From Chthoniobacteraceae bacterium (lineage in GTDB: Bacteria; Verrucomicrobiota; Verrucomicrobiia; Chthoniobacterales; Chthoniobacteraceae), in NCBI GenBank assembly GCA_035555975.1, contig DATMFV010000135.1, forward strand, positions 1 to 64,000: a stretch of 64,000 nt of DNA, in the 5' to 3' direction. Within the stretch, counting starts at the first letter, position 1, and each line of letters opens with the position of its first letter. Position numbers and translations under genes: made by a program. Of this stretch, positions 55,904-64,000 are shown in pieces. The notes below the pieces were generated by a model. That model had not been told where the DNA came from. It saw nothing but the letters and a program-made list of their open reading frames with translations, and did not search any database.

Positions 55904-56878
55904 ATGTTTGTCTACCTGATCCGCCGCCTCCTTTACATGATCCCGATCCTGCTCGGGGTCATGATCTTTACCTTCCTGCTTTTCAACATCGTCAACAAGC
56001 CGGAGCAGATGGCGCTCAATATTCTTGGGCCGAAGGCTTCGCCGCAGGCGATCGAAAACTGGCTGCACAACCGCGGTTACGACAAGCCGCTCTTCCTCAA
56101 TCGCGAACCGGGCAAAAACCTCCTTGATTCGCAGTTTTTCGACAGCCTGCGGCGGATGGCGGTCTTTGATCTCGGCGTCTCCGATGCCACGGGCGAACCG
56201 GTCGTCAACATGCTGCGACGCGGCATCCTCCCGTCGCTTTTGATCACGCTGCCCGCGTTTGCCGTGGGGCTCACCCTGGCGCTCGGCCTTTCGCTGCTGC
56301 TCGTCTTTGTGCGCGATTCAAAGATCGACCTCTGGGGGGTCATCCTCGCCGTCGCCACGATGAGCATCCCGATCACCGTCTATGTCATCTTCGGCCAATG
56401 GGTCGCCGCCAATCTCTTCAACTACTTTCCCGCGTTCGGTTTCGACTTTGAAGGGTTTTCCACCGTCCGCTTTATCGCGCTGCCGGTCGTCATCATGGTC
56501 ATCAGCGGGATCGGCGGCGACCTCCGCCTTTACCGGACGATCTTTCTGGAGGAGGTCCGGGCCGACTACATCCGCACCGCACAGGCAAAGGGAGCCTCCA
56601 GCGCCCGCGTGCTCCTGGTTCACGTGCTCAAAAACGGGATGATCTCGATCATCACCCTGGTGGTCGCCTCGCTGCCGTTTTTGATCATGGGGACGTTGGT
56701 CATTGAAAACTTCTTCGGCATCCCGGGGCTGGGCAGCATGGTGGTCGACGCGATCACCACTTCGGACTTTTCCCTGATCCGTGCCAACGTCTACGTCGGC
56801 TCGCTCCTCTTCCTGTTCGGGCTGCTGTTGACTGATCTCTGCTACGCGCTGGCGGACCCGCGCATCCGCCTGGAATAA
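55904..56878 (+). CDS. ABC transporter permease (DppB/OppB-like).
   Basis: Six-TM protein with a BPD_transp_1 EAA-like loop (…YIRTAQAKGAS…). Confidence 0.85.
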   Translation: MFVYLIRRLLYMIPILLGVMIFTFLLFNIVNKPEQMALNILGPKASPQAIENWLHNRGYDKPLFLNREPGKNLLDSQFFDSLRRMAVFDLGVSDATGEPVVNMLRRGILPSLLITLPAFAVGLTLALGLSLLLVFVRDSKIDLWGVILAVATMSIPITVYVIFGQWVAANLFNYFPAFGFDFEGFSTVRFIALPVVIMVISGIGGDLRLYRTIFLEEVRADYIRTAQAKGASSARVLLVHVLKNGMISIITLVVASLPFLIMGTLVIENFFGIPGLGSMVVDAITTSDFSLIRANVYVGSLLFLFGLLLTDLCYALADPRIRLE

Positions 56879-56903
56879 AAGAAAAAGAACCTTTCCCTTC
56901 CCC

Positions 56904-57890
56904 ATGTCTGTCTGGCTTTCCAACCTGCTCCTCCTCGCCGTCGCCGTCGCGGCGATCGTCCTCCTGCGCGCCTACCTGCGCACGGAACGTTCGCGCCGGG
57001 CCATGAAACGTTTCCGGCGCGACCGCGTCGGCGTCGCCTGCGCGCTGCTGGTCGCGCTCAACCTCGGCATCGGCCTGCTCGACTGTCTGCGCGTCTCGCG
57101 CGACGAAAGCGTTCTCGACTATTTCTTCCGCAACGTCCCCGAAGAGAGCGGTTACAGCGCTCCCCTCGCCTCGACCACCTACAACGAACGCGACCCGCAA
57201 CCGCTCAACGGGCGGCACCTTTTCGGGACCGACCTGATCGGCAAGGATGTCCTTCTCCAGACCCTCAAAGGGTGCCGCACCGCGCTGATCATCGGCGGGC
57301 TTACCAGCGCGATCTATATCCCGATCGGCGCACTTCTGGGCATCCTCGCCGGGTATCACCGGGGCCGGGTCGATGATCTCGTCCAGTACCTTTACAGCAC
57401 GCTGGCTTCGATCCCCGGCATCCTGATGCTGATCTCGATCCTGATGATTCTCGGCAAGGGTCTGGGCAACATGGCGGTGGCGTTGAGCCTGACCGCCTGG
57501 ATCGGCCTCTGCCGCCTGGTGCGCGGGGAGACGTTCCGGCAGGCTGCCCGCCCCTATGTCGAAGCCGCGCGGGCGCTGGGGCAGAGCCATTGGAAGATCA
57601 TGTTTTTCCACATCCTCCCCAACGTCTCGCACCTGATCATGATCAACGCGGTCCTCGGCTTTTCCGGGCTGGTCATGGCGGAGTCCATTTTGAGCTACCT
57701 CGGCGTCGGCGCACCGGTCGGCACGGCGAGCTGGGGTGCGATGATCGACTCCGCCCGGATGGAACTGAGCCGCGACCCGATGGTCTGGTGGACCGTCAGC
57801 GCCGCCGCCGGTGCGCTCTTCATCCTCGTCCTCGCGCTCAACCTCCTGGGCGATTCGTTGCGGCGGGCGTTTGACCCGAAGGCGGCGTGA
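56904..57890 (+). CDS. ABC transporter permease (DppC/OppC-like).
   Basis: …YVEAARALGQSHWKIMFFHILPN… conserved permease loop. Confidence 0.85.
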   Translation: MSVWLSNLLLLAVAVAAIVLLRAYLRTERSRRAMKRFRRDRVGVACALLVALNLGIGLLDCLRVSRDESVLDYFFRNVPEESGYSAPLASTTYNERDPQPLNGRHLFGTDLIGKDVLLQTLKGCRTALIIGGLTSAIYIPIGALLGILAGYHRGRVDDLVQYLYSTLASIPGILMLISILMILGKGLGNMAVALSLTAWIGLCRLVRGETFRQAARPYVEAARALGQSHWKIMFFHILPNVSHLIMINAVLGFSGLVMAESILSYLGVGAPVGTASWGAMIDSARMELSRDPMVWWTVSAAAGALFILVLALNLLGDSLRRAFDPKAA

Positions 57891-57894
57891 TTGA

Positions 57895-60800
57895 TCAGCG
57901 AACTTCCAGCGTGGCGGCCCGGCGGCGACCGGTCAATCCTTCGGTCGCCACGATCTGCCACCGGCCCGGTTCGTCGTTGAGGGCGAGGTCGAGCGTTAGC
58001 TCCACCTTCCCACGCGCCGCACCATAATGGCCGCTCCGCTCCGCCGGTTCTCCCTTGCTGTCAAAAATCCTGATCTCTACCGGCACGTTGGCGGTAATGG
58101 CCTCCCCGTCCTCCCCCTTCACGGTTACGGTCACGCGCACCGACTCCCCCCGTTTCGCTTCCTCTGGAACGGCGATGCCGATCCCGCCGACCGGGCGTTC
58201 CAGCGCCAGAAGCAGGGCACCGCCCCCGCCCGGCAACTCCAGGGGAAAGGTCAGTTCCCCTCCCTCCAGACGGGTGACGGCGACCGGTTGCCTCCGGACG
58301 AGATCGTAGACCACCCGCCCGGGCGTTTTCCAGCGGATGGTCGCCCTGGAAGCCACCCCCTCCTCCATCACAAGCCGGTGTCTGCCGACGTAATGGCCAA
58401 ACTTCCGGTGGTCGTTCACGGCAAAGAGATACTCCCCTTTCCCGCGCAGTTTCAGCAGCACCTCCGGGTTGTCGCTTGAAACCGGCGGCGCATGGAAAGC
58501 GGCGATCTCCTTTTTCAACGCGGCCGCCCTGGCGAGCAGGCTCGCCTTGTCCTCGTCGGCGCGCCCGGTTCGGCGGAAGCTTTCCACCAACACATCGGGC
58601 TGAATGCCGGGGGCCAGGTTTTCATCGCCAATGACGATCCCGCCCCGCTCCTGAAACGCCAGAATCGTTTTTGCCATCCCGCGGGTCAGCACATCGCAAT
58701 CGGTGACGAACAGGATCGAAACACCCGCCAACCCTTTTTCGGCAAGCGTCTCCTCAAAAACGATACGGGGGTCGAGCCCGGCGTAACGGGCCATCAGATA
58801 GGAATCGCTCCCCCACCCGGTTCCCCATCCATAGGTGCCGCGCCCGGCGAACATCTGCGAGGTGAAGCTCTCCAGAAAAGCGACGTTGCGGGGTGCGTCG
58901 GGCACCTGCATCAACATCGGACCGAGCGGCTCGACGACCTCCTTCACCAGATGTTTGAGGCGCTGCCGGGTTTCCGGATGGGTCATGATATAGCTCCCCC
59001 GGCTTTTGCCGGTCAGCGATCCCCAGCCGTGCAGCATGACCCCCGCGACCGGCTCGGCCAGCATGTGCCAGAACGATTGGGTGAGGTGATCGGGGGCCAT
59101 GGTGATGAACCTCGCGTCGGCGTTCTCCTTCTCCCAGCGTGCCGGTTCCCCCGTCGGCTCGAAGGTTGCGTCTCCGGGGAGCGGCGCGGTGCGGTGGCGA
59201 TACCAGATGGCCTGGGTCATCGTCATGACCTTCTGGCCGGGTTTCCCCTCCGCCATCGCAAAAAGCTCGCCGGTGGCAAGGCTGACTTTCAGCGGGTCGG
59301 GATAGCTGTAAGTCCAACTGCTGATGAAGTCGACCTCCCCGCCGCTGCCGAACAACGAGGGAGCCCGTACCGCCGGGTCAAACCAGGTCCGGATGCCTTT
59401 CCCCCCGTTTTTGCGGATTCCCTCCCGCACCAGGGAGTGCAGCCGGTTCCAGCCGTCCCCCTCCTTCCAGAACCAGCGGTAATAGGCGAGGATCGGGTGA
59501 TCGTCGGCAATCAGGCGGTCCGGAGGGAAGCCGGGGAGCTTCTCATACGACACCCCCCGGGCCGCCTCGACCTCCGCCGGGATCTCCTTCCCCGTCGCCT
59601 CCCTGAACGCCTTCCGGTCGATCTCGTGAAAACTCGGGCGGGTATGATCGCGCACCTCGGTATTGATCAATGCCATCTCCAGAGCGGGCAGATCGCCAAA
59701 ATGCCGTGCCAGAAAACCGCCGAGATCCAAAGCCGATGCCTGAACTTCGGGAAAAAGGCCGTTGACCGTCGGTCGACGCTTTCCGCTCCGACTCCGGCGC
59801 GCGTACTTTTCCCGGAACGCGGCATTACGCCCGAGGCTGATCTGTGCGACCGCCCCCACGCCCGCGCGGAGCATTTCATCCAGCTTTAAGCGATGTTGAC
59901 GGATGCCTTCCGTATCAAAAAACGCGACCGGGTCGGCCCGCGAGGTTTGCCAGAGGGCAAAGGAGTGGGTAAACCCGAGGTCGCTGACGGTTTCGGCATC
60001 GCCGCTCCCCCACAGGATCACCGGCATCCGGCCCGGAACGGGACGCGGGAGCAGATCCCACGTGATCGCCAACGGCTTGCCCAACGCCCGCCCTTGCGGC
60101 GAGAGCAGCGTCAACTCCGTCCGGTAGGTTCCCGGCTTCCTTGTGGCATCGACGGGGATCTCCACCTCCGCCGATTTTCGCGGGCCGATCTCCGGCACGG
60201 CCGCCTCGCCGTTTTCCCAGGCAAGCCGGGTGCCGCCCAACGGCTTTGCCCCGGGGTTGGTCACTTCCACTTTGAGGTGCGGCTTCTGCTCCATCCGGCG
60301 GAAAGCGGTCCGCTCTCCCGAGAGTCGGAGAATCGCCATCTCCGAAGGGTGCATCTCCCGGACGGTCGACGAAATCCGCACCTGTGCGATCCTGCCATGA
60401 AACCGGTGGCTGACGCTCCCCACCCGGTCGCCGATGATCAGGGGCCGTTCTCCCGGGTGGATCGGGCCGCGCCCTTCCAGCAGTCGCTCGCCCCACGGGT
60501 TCCCATTGAGGAAGAACGCCCCCTTCCCCTTGCCGTCATAGGTAAAGGCGACCTGCATCCATTCCCCGGGCTCGGGGTTGAAGAAGGCGGACCGCATCGT
60601 GGCGGATTGGCCTTCAAAGCCGAGTTCCGCCTCCAGCCGCCACCCCCCTTTCGGGTTCGCGACGAGGCTCAGCATATAGTCGCTGTTGCCTTCGGGATGG
60701 GTTCCGAAGAGATACTTCTTGTCGAGCAGGACGGCACGGGTCGTGCCGAAGAGCGCTTCTGCGGGTTGAATCCAAAGCTCCAGAGTGAAGGCCCCGGCGG

Positions 60801-61119
60801 GCGAAAGATCGGGCGCATTTCCCGCCGACGCCCCCTGGCGACGGTCGCCCGGTTCATTTCCGGAGCCGATCTCCAGCGCGCCTTTCCACCGTTCGTCGTT
60901 CACAAGGCGGGTATCCTTTCCCCGAAGCGAGAGGGTGTGCCCCCCCGGCGACGAGTCGGCCTCCGGCGCCGCCGGGTCAAACACCCAGCAGGCCAGCACC
61001 TCCGGCCCTTCGGCTTCTTCGGGTGTCAACGGTCGGGTTTGCGCAAAAACCGGGGATGGGGCCGCGGCCAGCAGCAACGCCAGCGCCGCGGCTTTAAGCC
61101 GGTCAAAACAGATGTTCAT
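57895..61119 (-). CDS. Large secreted protein (1074 aa) with an N-terminal LamG/concanavalin-like domain and a probable glycoside-hydrolase-like body.
   Basis: Signal peptide MNICFDRLKAAALALLLAAAPSPVFAQ and a LamG-like block (…FTLELWIQPAE…). The long + ORFs 58492..59889 and 59893..61182 are antisense. Confidence 0.7.
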   Translation of the reverse strand: MNICFDRLKAAALALLLAAAPSPVFAQTRPLTPEEAEGPEVLACWVFDPAAPEADSSPGGHTLSLRGKDTRLVNDERWKGALEIGSGNEPGDRRQGASAGNAPDLSPAGAFTLELWIQPAEALFGTTRAVLLDKKYLFGTHPEGNSDYMLSLVANPKGGWRLEAELGFEGQSATMRSAFFNPEPGEWMQVAFTYDGKGKGAFFLNGNPWGERLLEGRGPIHPGERPLIIGDRVGSVSHRFHGRIAQVRISSTVREMHPSEMAILRLSGERTAFRRMEQKPHLKVEVTNPGAKPLGGTRLAWENGEAAVPEIGPRKSAEVEIPVDATRKPGTYRTELTLLSPQGRALGKPLAITWDLLPRPVPGRMPVILWGSGDAETVSDLGFTHSFALWQTSRADPVAFFDTEGIRQHRLKLDEMLRAGVGAVAQISLGRNAAFREKYARRSRSGKRRPTVNGLFPEVQASALDLGGFLARHFGDLPALEMALINTEVRDHTRPSFHEIDRKAFREATGKEIPAEVEAARGVSYEKLPGFPPDRLIADDHPILAYYRWFWKEGDGWNRLHSLVREGIRKNGGKGIRTWFDPAVRAPSLFGSGGEVDFISSWTYSYPDPLKVSLATGELFAMAEGKPGQKVMTMTQAIWYRHRTAPLPGDATFEPTGEPARWEKENADARFITMAPDHLTQSFWHMLAEPVAGVMLHGWGSLTGKSRGSYIMTHPETRQRLKHLVKEVVEPLGPMLMQVPDAPRNVAFLESFTSQMFAGRGTYGWGTGWGSDSYLMARYAGLDPRIVFEETLAEKGLAGVSILFVTDCDVLTRGMAKTILAFQERGGIVIGDENLAPGIQPDVLVESFRRTGRADEDKASLLARAAALKKEIAAFHAPPVSSDNPEVLLKLRGKGEYLFAVNDHRKFGHYVGRHRLVMEEGVASRATIRWKTPGRVVYDLVRRQPVAVTRLEGGELTFPLELPGGGGALLLALERPVGGIGIAVPEEAKRGESVRVTVTVKGEDGEAITANVPVEIRIFDSKGEPAERSGHYGAARGKVELTLDLALNDEPGRWQIVATEGLTGRRRAATLEVR

Positions 61120-62131
61120 CGCTCTTTAAAACTTCCAGGTAAACAGGTTTCCAGATCCCGGCATGCCCGCCGACCGGTTTGAGGACCCGCACCACGAGAA
61201 CGTTCTGTTCCCCCCATTTGAGAAGATCGCGGGTATCGACCGCGAACATCCGGTCGTACCCCGCCGCTCCCAGGTCGTGCCCGCCGAGGAATACCCCGTT
61301 GAGCCAGATCCAGGCACTTTCATCGACCGCTTCAAAGACGAGATCGACCCCGCTTTGGGGCATCCGTTCCGGGAGGTCAAACCCGACCCGATACCATCCG
61401 CACCCTTCATGGCGATACCCCGCCTCCTGCCAGGAACGCCCGATCCCGATCGCCCCCCACCCGGTGTCGTCAAATGCGGGGTTCATCCACCCCTTGAGAT
61501 GCCCGTCGAGCGACGCGTCGTGCGCAAAACGCCACCCCTCCGCCGGGAGCGCGATCCGCTGCACCGTTTGGAGAGGGAGGTCGCGGTATTCGGGCCGGTC
61601 ACGGAAGGAAGAGACCTCCTCCCTGAAGTTCCAGAGGGCGTTGGCTGCCAATCGGCTGACCCGGTGGGAAGCATCCCCCCGCCCCTTCTCCAGCAGGGCG
61701 GTGATCTCCGGCCCCCGGGGTGCGATCGCGGTCGCAATCCCGATCGCCGCCGTCCGTACGAGATCGCTTTCGTCGGCCTCCCCCGCGGTCAACCATGCGT
61801 GGAGATCCGCCCCCGTGGTGAGGGGCGCGGCAAGCCGCAGGATGGTGCGGCGGACCAACGGGTCGCGGTCGCTTCCAAAAATTTCCCGGAGAGCGGGCAG
61901 AGCGGCCGCGCCCTCTTTTGCCAACGTCCGTACGGCGGCCCGGCGGACCATCGCGTCCGGGTCGCGGCTGAGTGCGAGCAACCTTTCGTGCGCCGCACGG
62001 TCGTGCGGGTCGGCGTGAAGGGCCTCTTGTCGCCGGGCGTCCGGGGTGTCAGGGCCGCCTGCCTTTGTTCCGGCCGGCAGCGCCATGACGATGGCCAGGC
62101 TCAACGCCATTCGCTGGATCATCTTTGCCAT
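61103..62131 (-). CDS. Secreted HEAT-repeat protein with a C-terminal galactose-binding-like (GH2 sugar-binding type) β-sandwich.
   Basis: Signal peptide; repeated …MVRRAAVRTLAKEG…/…PLVRRTILRLA… HEAT-like units; C-terminal …AWIWLNGVFLGGHDLGAAGYDRMFAVD… Overlaps the downstream gene by 17 bp. Confidence 0.55.
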   Translation of the reverse strand: MAKMIQRMALSLAIVMALPAGTKAGGPDTPDARRQEALHADPHDRAAHERLLALSRDPDAMVRRAAVRTLAKEGAAALPALREIFGSDRDPLVRRTILRLAAPLTTGADLHAWLTAGEADESDLVRTAAIGIATAIAPRGPEITALLEKGRGDASHRVSRLAANALWNFREEVSSFRDRPEYRDLPLQTVQRIALPAEGWRFAHDASLDGHLKGWMNPAFDDTGWGAIGIGRSWQEAGYRHEGCGWYRVGFDLPERMPQSGVDLVFEAVDESAWIWLNGVFLGGHDLGAAGYDRMFAVDTRDLLKWGEQNVLVVRVLKPVGGHAGIWKPVYLEVLKSDEHLF

Positions 62132-62133
62132 TC

Positions 62134-62853
62134 CTAGTAAAATTGCTTTTCAAACCAGGGTGCGCCCGATGCGCTCTTTCCCTTCAAGGTTTCCAGTGAG
62201 GAAATCAGCTCGACATGCCCGTCGCAGAACAAGGCATTGACTGCGCCGCCATGGCGCGCGGCGTTATACTCCCAGCCCGCCGCCATGACGTCGCGGGAAA
62301 CCAGGTGCCAGCCGAGATTCGGCTGCGACTTGCTGTCGTAATCGACCAGCATCAGGACTTTAGAGGGCTCGGTGATCCTCCGCGAATTGGCCCCGCCCCG
62401 TTCATCACTGATGCTGGGGGAGAGCCCGTGGCGGTTGATCGCGTACGAGACATAGGCAAAGGCGAAATCGTTGCCCCGGCGGCTGGTCAGCAAATCCCGG
62501 TGAACCTCCGCCGGGTTCAACGCCGGGCAGACAAAGCAGCGGTAATCACTGACGCCGGAATGCTTGACGAGCTTGCCTCCCCAGAACTCCCGCACGCCGA
62601 TCTTTTCCCCGGCGGCGTTTCGCAATTCTTCGGCGGCAACCGGGAAATGCCCGTTGTGATCGTCCAGATAGGCCTGCATCAGGACAAAGATCTGCCGCAG
62701 ATTGCCGGTACACTTCATGCGATCCGACGTGACCCTGATCCGTCCGGAAAACGAAAATACCAGCACACCGAGAAAGGCAATGAGGGCGATGGCGACCAGC
62801 AGTTCCACCAGTGTGAAACCGTGCCGGGCTGAAAAGCGATGATGGATGTTCAT
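62134..62853 (-). CDS. Prepilin-type N-terminal plus DUF1559 protein.
   Basis: HGFTLVELLVAIALIAFLGVL … RHGGAVNALFCDGHVE. Confidence 0.85.
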   Translation of the reverse strand: MNIHHRFSARHGFTLVELLVAIALIAFLGVLVFSFSGRIRVTSDRMKCTGNLRQIFVLMQAYLDDHNGHFPVAAEELRNAAGEKIGVREFWGGKLVKHSGVSDYRCFVCPALNPAEVHRDLLTSRRGNDFAFAYVSYAINRHGLSPSISDERGGANSRRITEPSKVLMLVDYDSKSQPNLGWHLVSRDVMAAGWEYNAARHGGAVNALFCDGHVELISSLETLKGKSASGAPWFEKQFY

Positions 62854-62881
62854 AGGGGAAGAAAGAGACCCTTAATCCGCC

Positions 62882-64000
62882 TCAGTTTCGCCGCCGCCGC
62901 AAGAGCAGAATGCCCGACCACCCGAGGGCCAGCAAGGCCCAGGTTCCCGGTTCCGGGATGGCATGGTAGCTCAATACCAGGTCGTTGCCGGAAAGGCCGA
63001 GCGTCCAGCTTCCCTGAAAGGAATTGACAAAGGCGGTCGGGTCAAGGGTCCAGAGCGCGGCATCAAACCCGGCGATGCCATCCCCGGCGGTCAGAATGGT
63101 CCAGGAGCGATCCTCTTCGGCGAAGCCGGCAAGCGCCCCGGCCTCCTCTCCCGAAAAACTTCTAAGAGCAAGGACAAACGCGTCGCCGCCGGTGAGATCA
63201 AGTTCCCCCTCCACGGTGACGAGGCTGGAAAAGGCGTCCGGACCGGGGAGGGTCTCCTCCCATGTATTGAGGCCCCATTCATAGGTGAGCGCCTGCCACG
63301 ACTGGTCGCCTCCATAGGTTTGCCGGGCCAGCCCGTCGGCGGCTGCGATGACCTGGTTGCGGTCGTCGAACGCCACCGCAACATCCAGTCGGCCGTTGCC
63401 CTCGATCCGCCCGCCATTGGCTCCGAACCCCAACGCCGCCCCGCTGCCCGCGAGGTTGCCGACGGCTTCCAGCGTCCCGCCATCGAGCGTCACGGCATTT
63501 CCGAGGTTCACGCCGGAGGCGATCGTCAGCCGTCCACCCCCGGAAACAGTGGCCTCCCCGGTGCCGAGCGCCCGTTGGTGCGCGGCGGTGAGATGCCCTT
63601 CCTCCACATCGGTCCCGCCCGAGTAGCTGTTCTCCCCGGAAAGCACCACTGCGCCGGTGTTGCGTTTGACGAGGCGCAATTGGGCGTTGAGTTCCTCGGT
63701 GATCACCCCGGAAAAGAGATTCGCCTCGTCGGCGGTGTCGAGGATCAGCGTGCCGGAGTAGAGCGTCCCGGTGGTGTTGCGGACCGAAACGGTTCCCGCG
63801 CCATTGAAAGCCTGCACCTGAAAAAACTCCTCAATCGTGGAGTTGTTGCCGCCGGTATAAAGCTCCAGATGCCCTTCCGCGCCCACGGTGGTACGCCCGA
63901 GGCGGACCGGCGAAGCGGTCGATCCCCGGCTCCCGTTTCTCATGCTCAGAAGCCCTTTGTTGATCACCGTACTCCCCGAGACGGTCAACCGCTGGGCATA
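62882..64000 (-). CDS. PEP-CTERM protein with autotransporter-like β-repeats. Partial: the N-terminus lies beyond the window end.
   Basis: C-terminus AIPEPGTWALLALGWSGILLLRRRRN. The frame stays open past 64000, so the track's M at 63988 is internal. Confidence 0.75.
   Translation of the reverse strand, partial: YAQRLTVSGSTVINKGLLSMRNGSRGSTASPVRLGRTTVGAEGHLELYTGGNNSTIEEFFQVQAFNGAGTVSVRNTTGTLYSGTLILDTADEANLFSGVITEELNAQLRLVKRNTGAVVLSGENSYSGGTDVEEGHLTAAHQRALGTGEATVSGGGRLTIASGVNLGNAVTLDGGTLEAVGNLAGSGAALGFGANGGRIEGNGRLDVAVAFDDRNQVIAAADGLARQTYGGDQSWQALTYEWGLNTWEETLPGPDAFSSLVTVEGELDLTGGDAFVLALRSFSGEEAGALAGFAEEDRSWTILTAGDGIAGFDAALWTLDPTAFVNSFQGSWTLGLSGNDLVLSYHAIPEPGTWALLALGWSGILLLRRRRN

Noticed and set aside
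1-64000. CRISPR arrays, rRNA, IS elements or transposases.
   Set aside because: No spaced direct-repeat arrays, no transposase-like ORFs and no rRNA-like segments were seen.

Overview
This 64 kb window is high-GC (~65%) bacterial chromosomal DNA. The gene content points to a Verrucomicrobia/Planctomycetes-type organism, which is an inference from the following: four PEP-CTERM (exosortase-sorted) proteins, four prepilin-like DUF1559 proteins, two DUF4838 paralogs, several very large signal-peptide proteins, and C/A-rich leaders with no Shine-Dalgarno motif. Housekeeping genes present are infC, fba, nrdB-nrdA, a SUI1/YciH homolog, an N-acetylmuramoyl-L-alanine amidase, an L,D-transpeptidase, an M19 dipeptidase, M20 peptidases, an MlrC (M81) homolog, an MsbA-like ABC exporter, a peptide-type ABC importer (binding protein plus two permeases, no ATPase), a flotillin/NfeD pair, a VapBC toxin-antitoxin pair and several regulators (LacI x2, IclR, GntR, Lrp/AsnC, tandem AraC). 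Two things stand out. First, a three-gene module (PEP-CTERM protein, DUF1559 pseudopilin-like protein, large secreted enzyme-like protein) recurs five times, often with a LacI or GntR regulator. Second, a ~3 kb low-GC islet (49.18-52.21 kb) sits between the 3' end of a tRNA-Ser(CGA) gene and a truncated M20D amidohydrolase remnant. It carries a DUF262+DUF1524 (GmrSD/SspE/BrxU-like) putative modification-dependent nuclease with an extra C-terminal domain, plus a small upstream ORF. Several strong DNA-level signals are also reported: a perfect 24-bp palindrome inside an AraC gene, a 24-bp tandem repeat that duplicates a start codon, paired operator-like palindromes, and a terminator-like hairpin between nrdB and nrdA. 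Many long ORFs in the six-frame track are antisense artefacts of the high GC content and were rejected.
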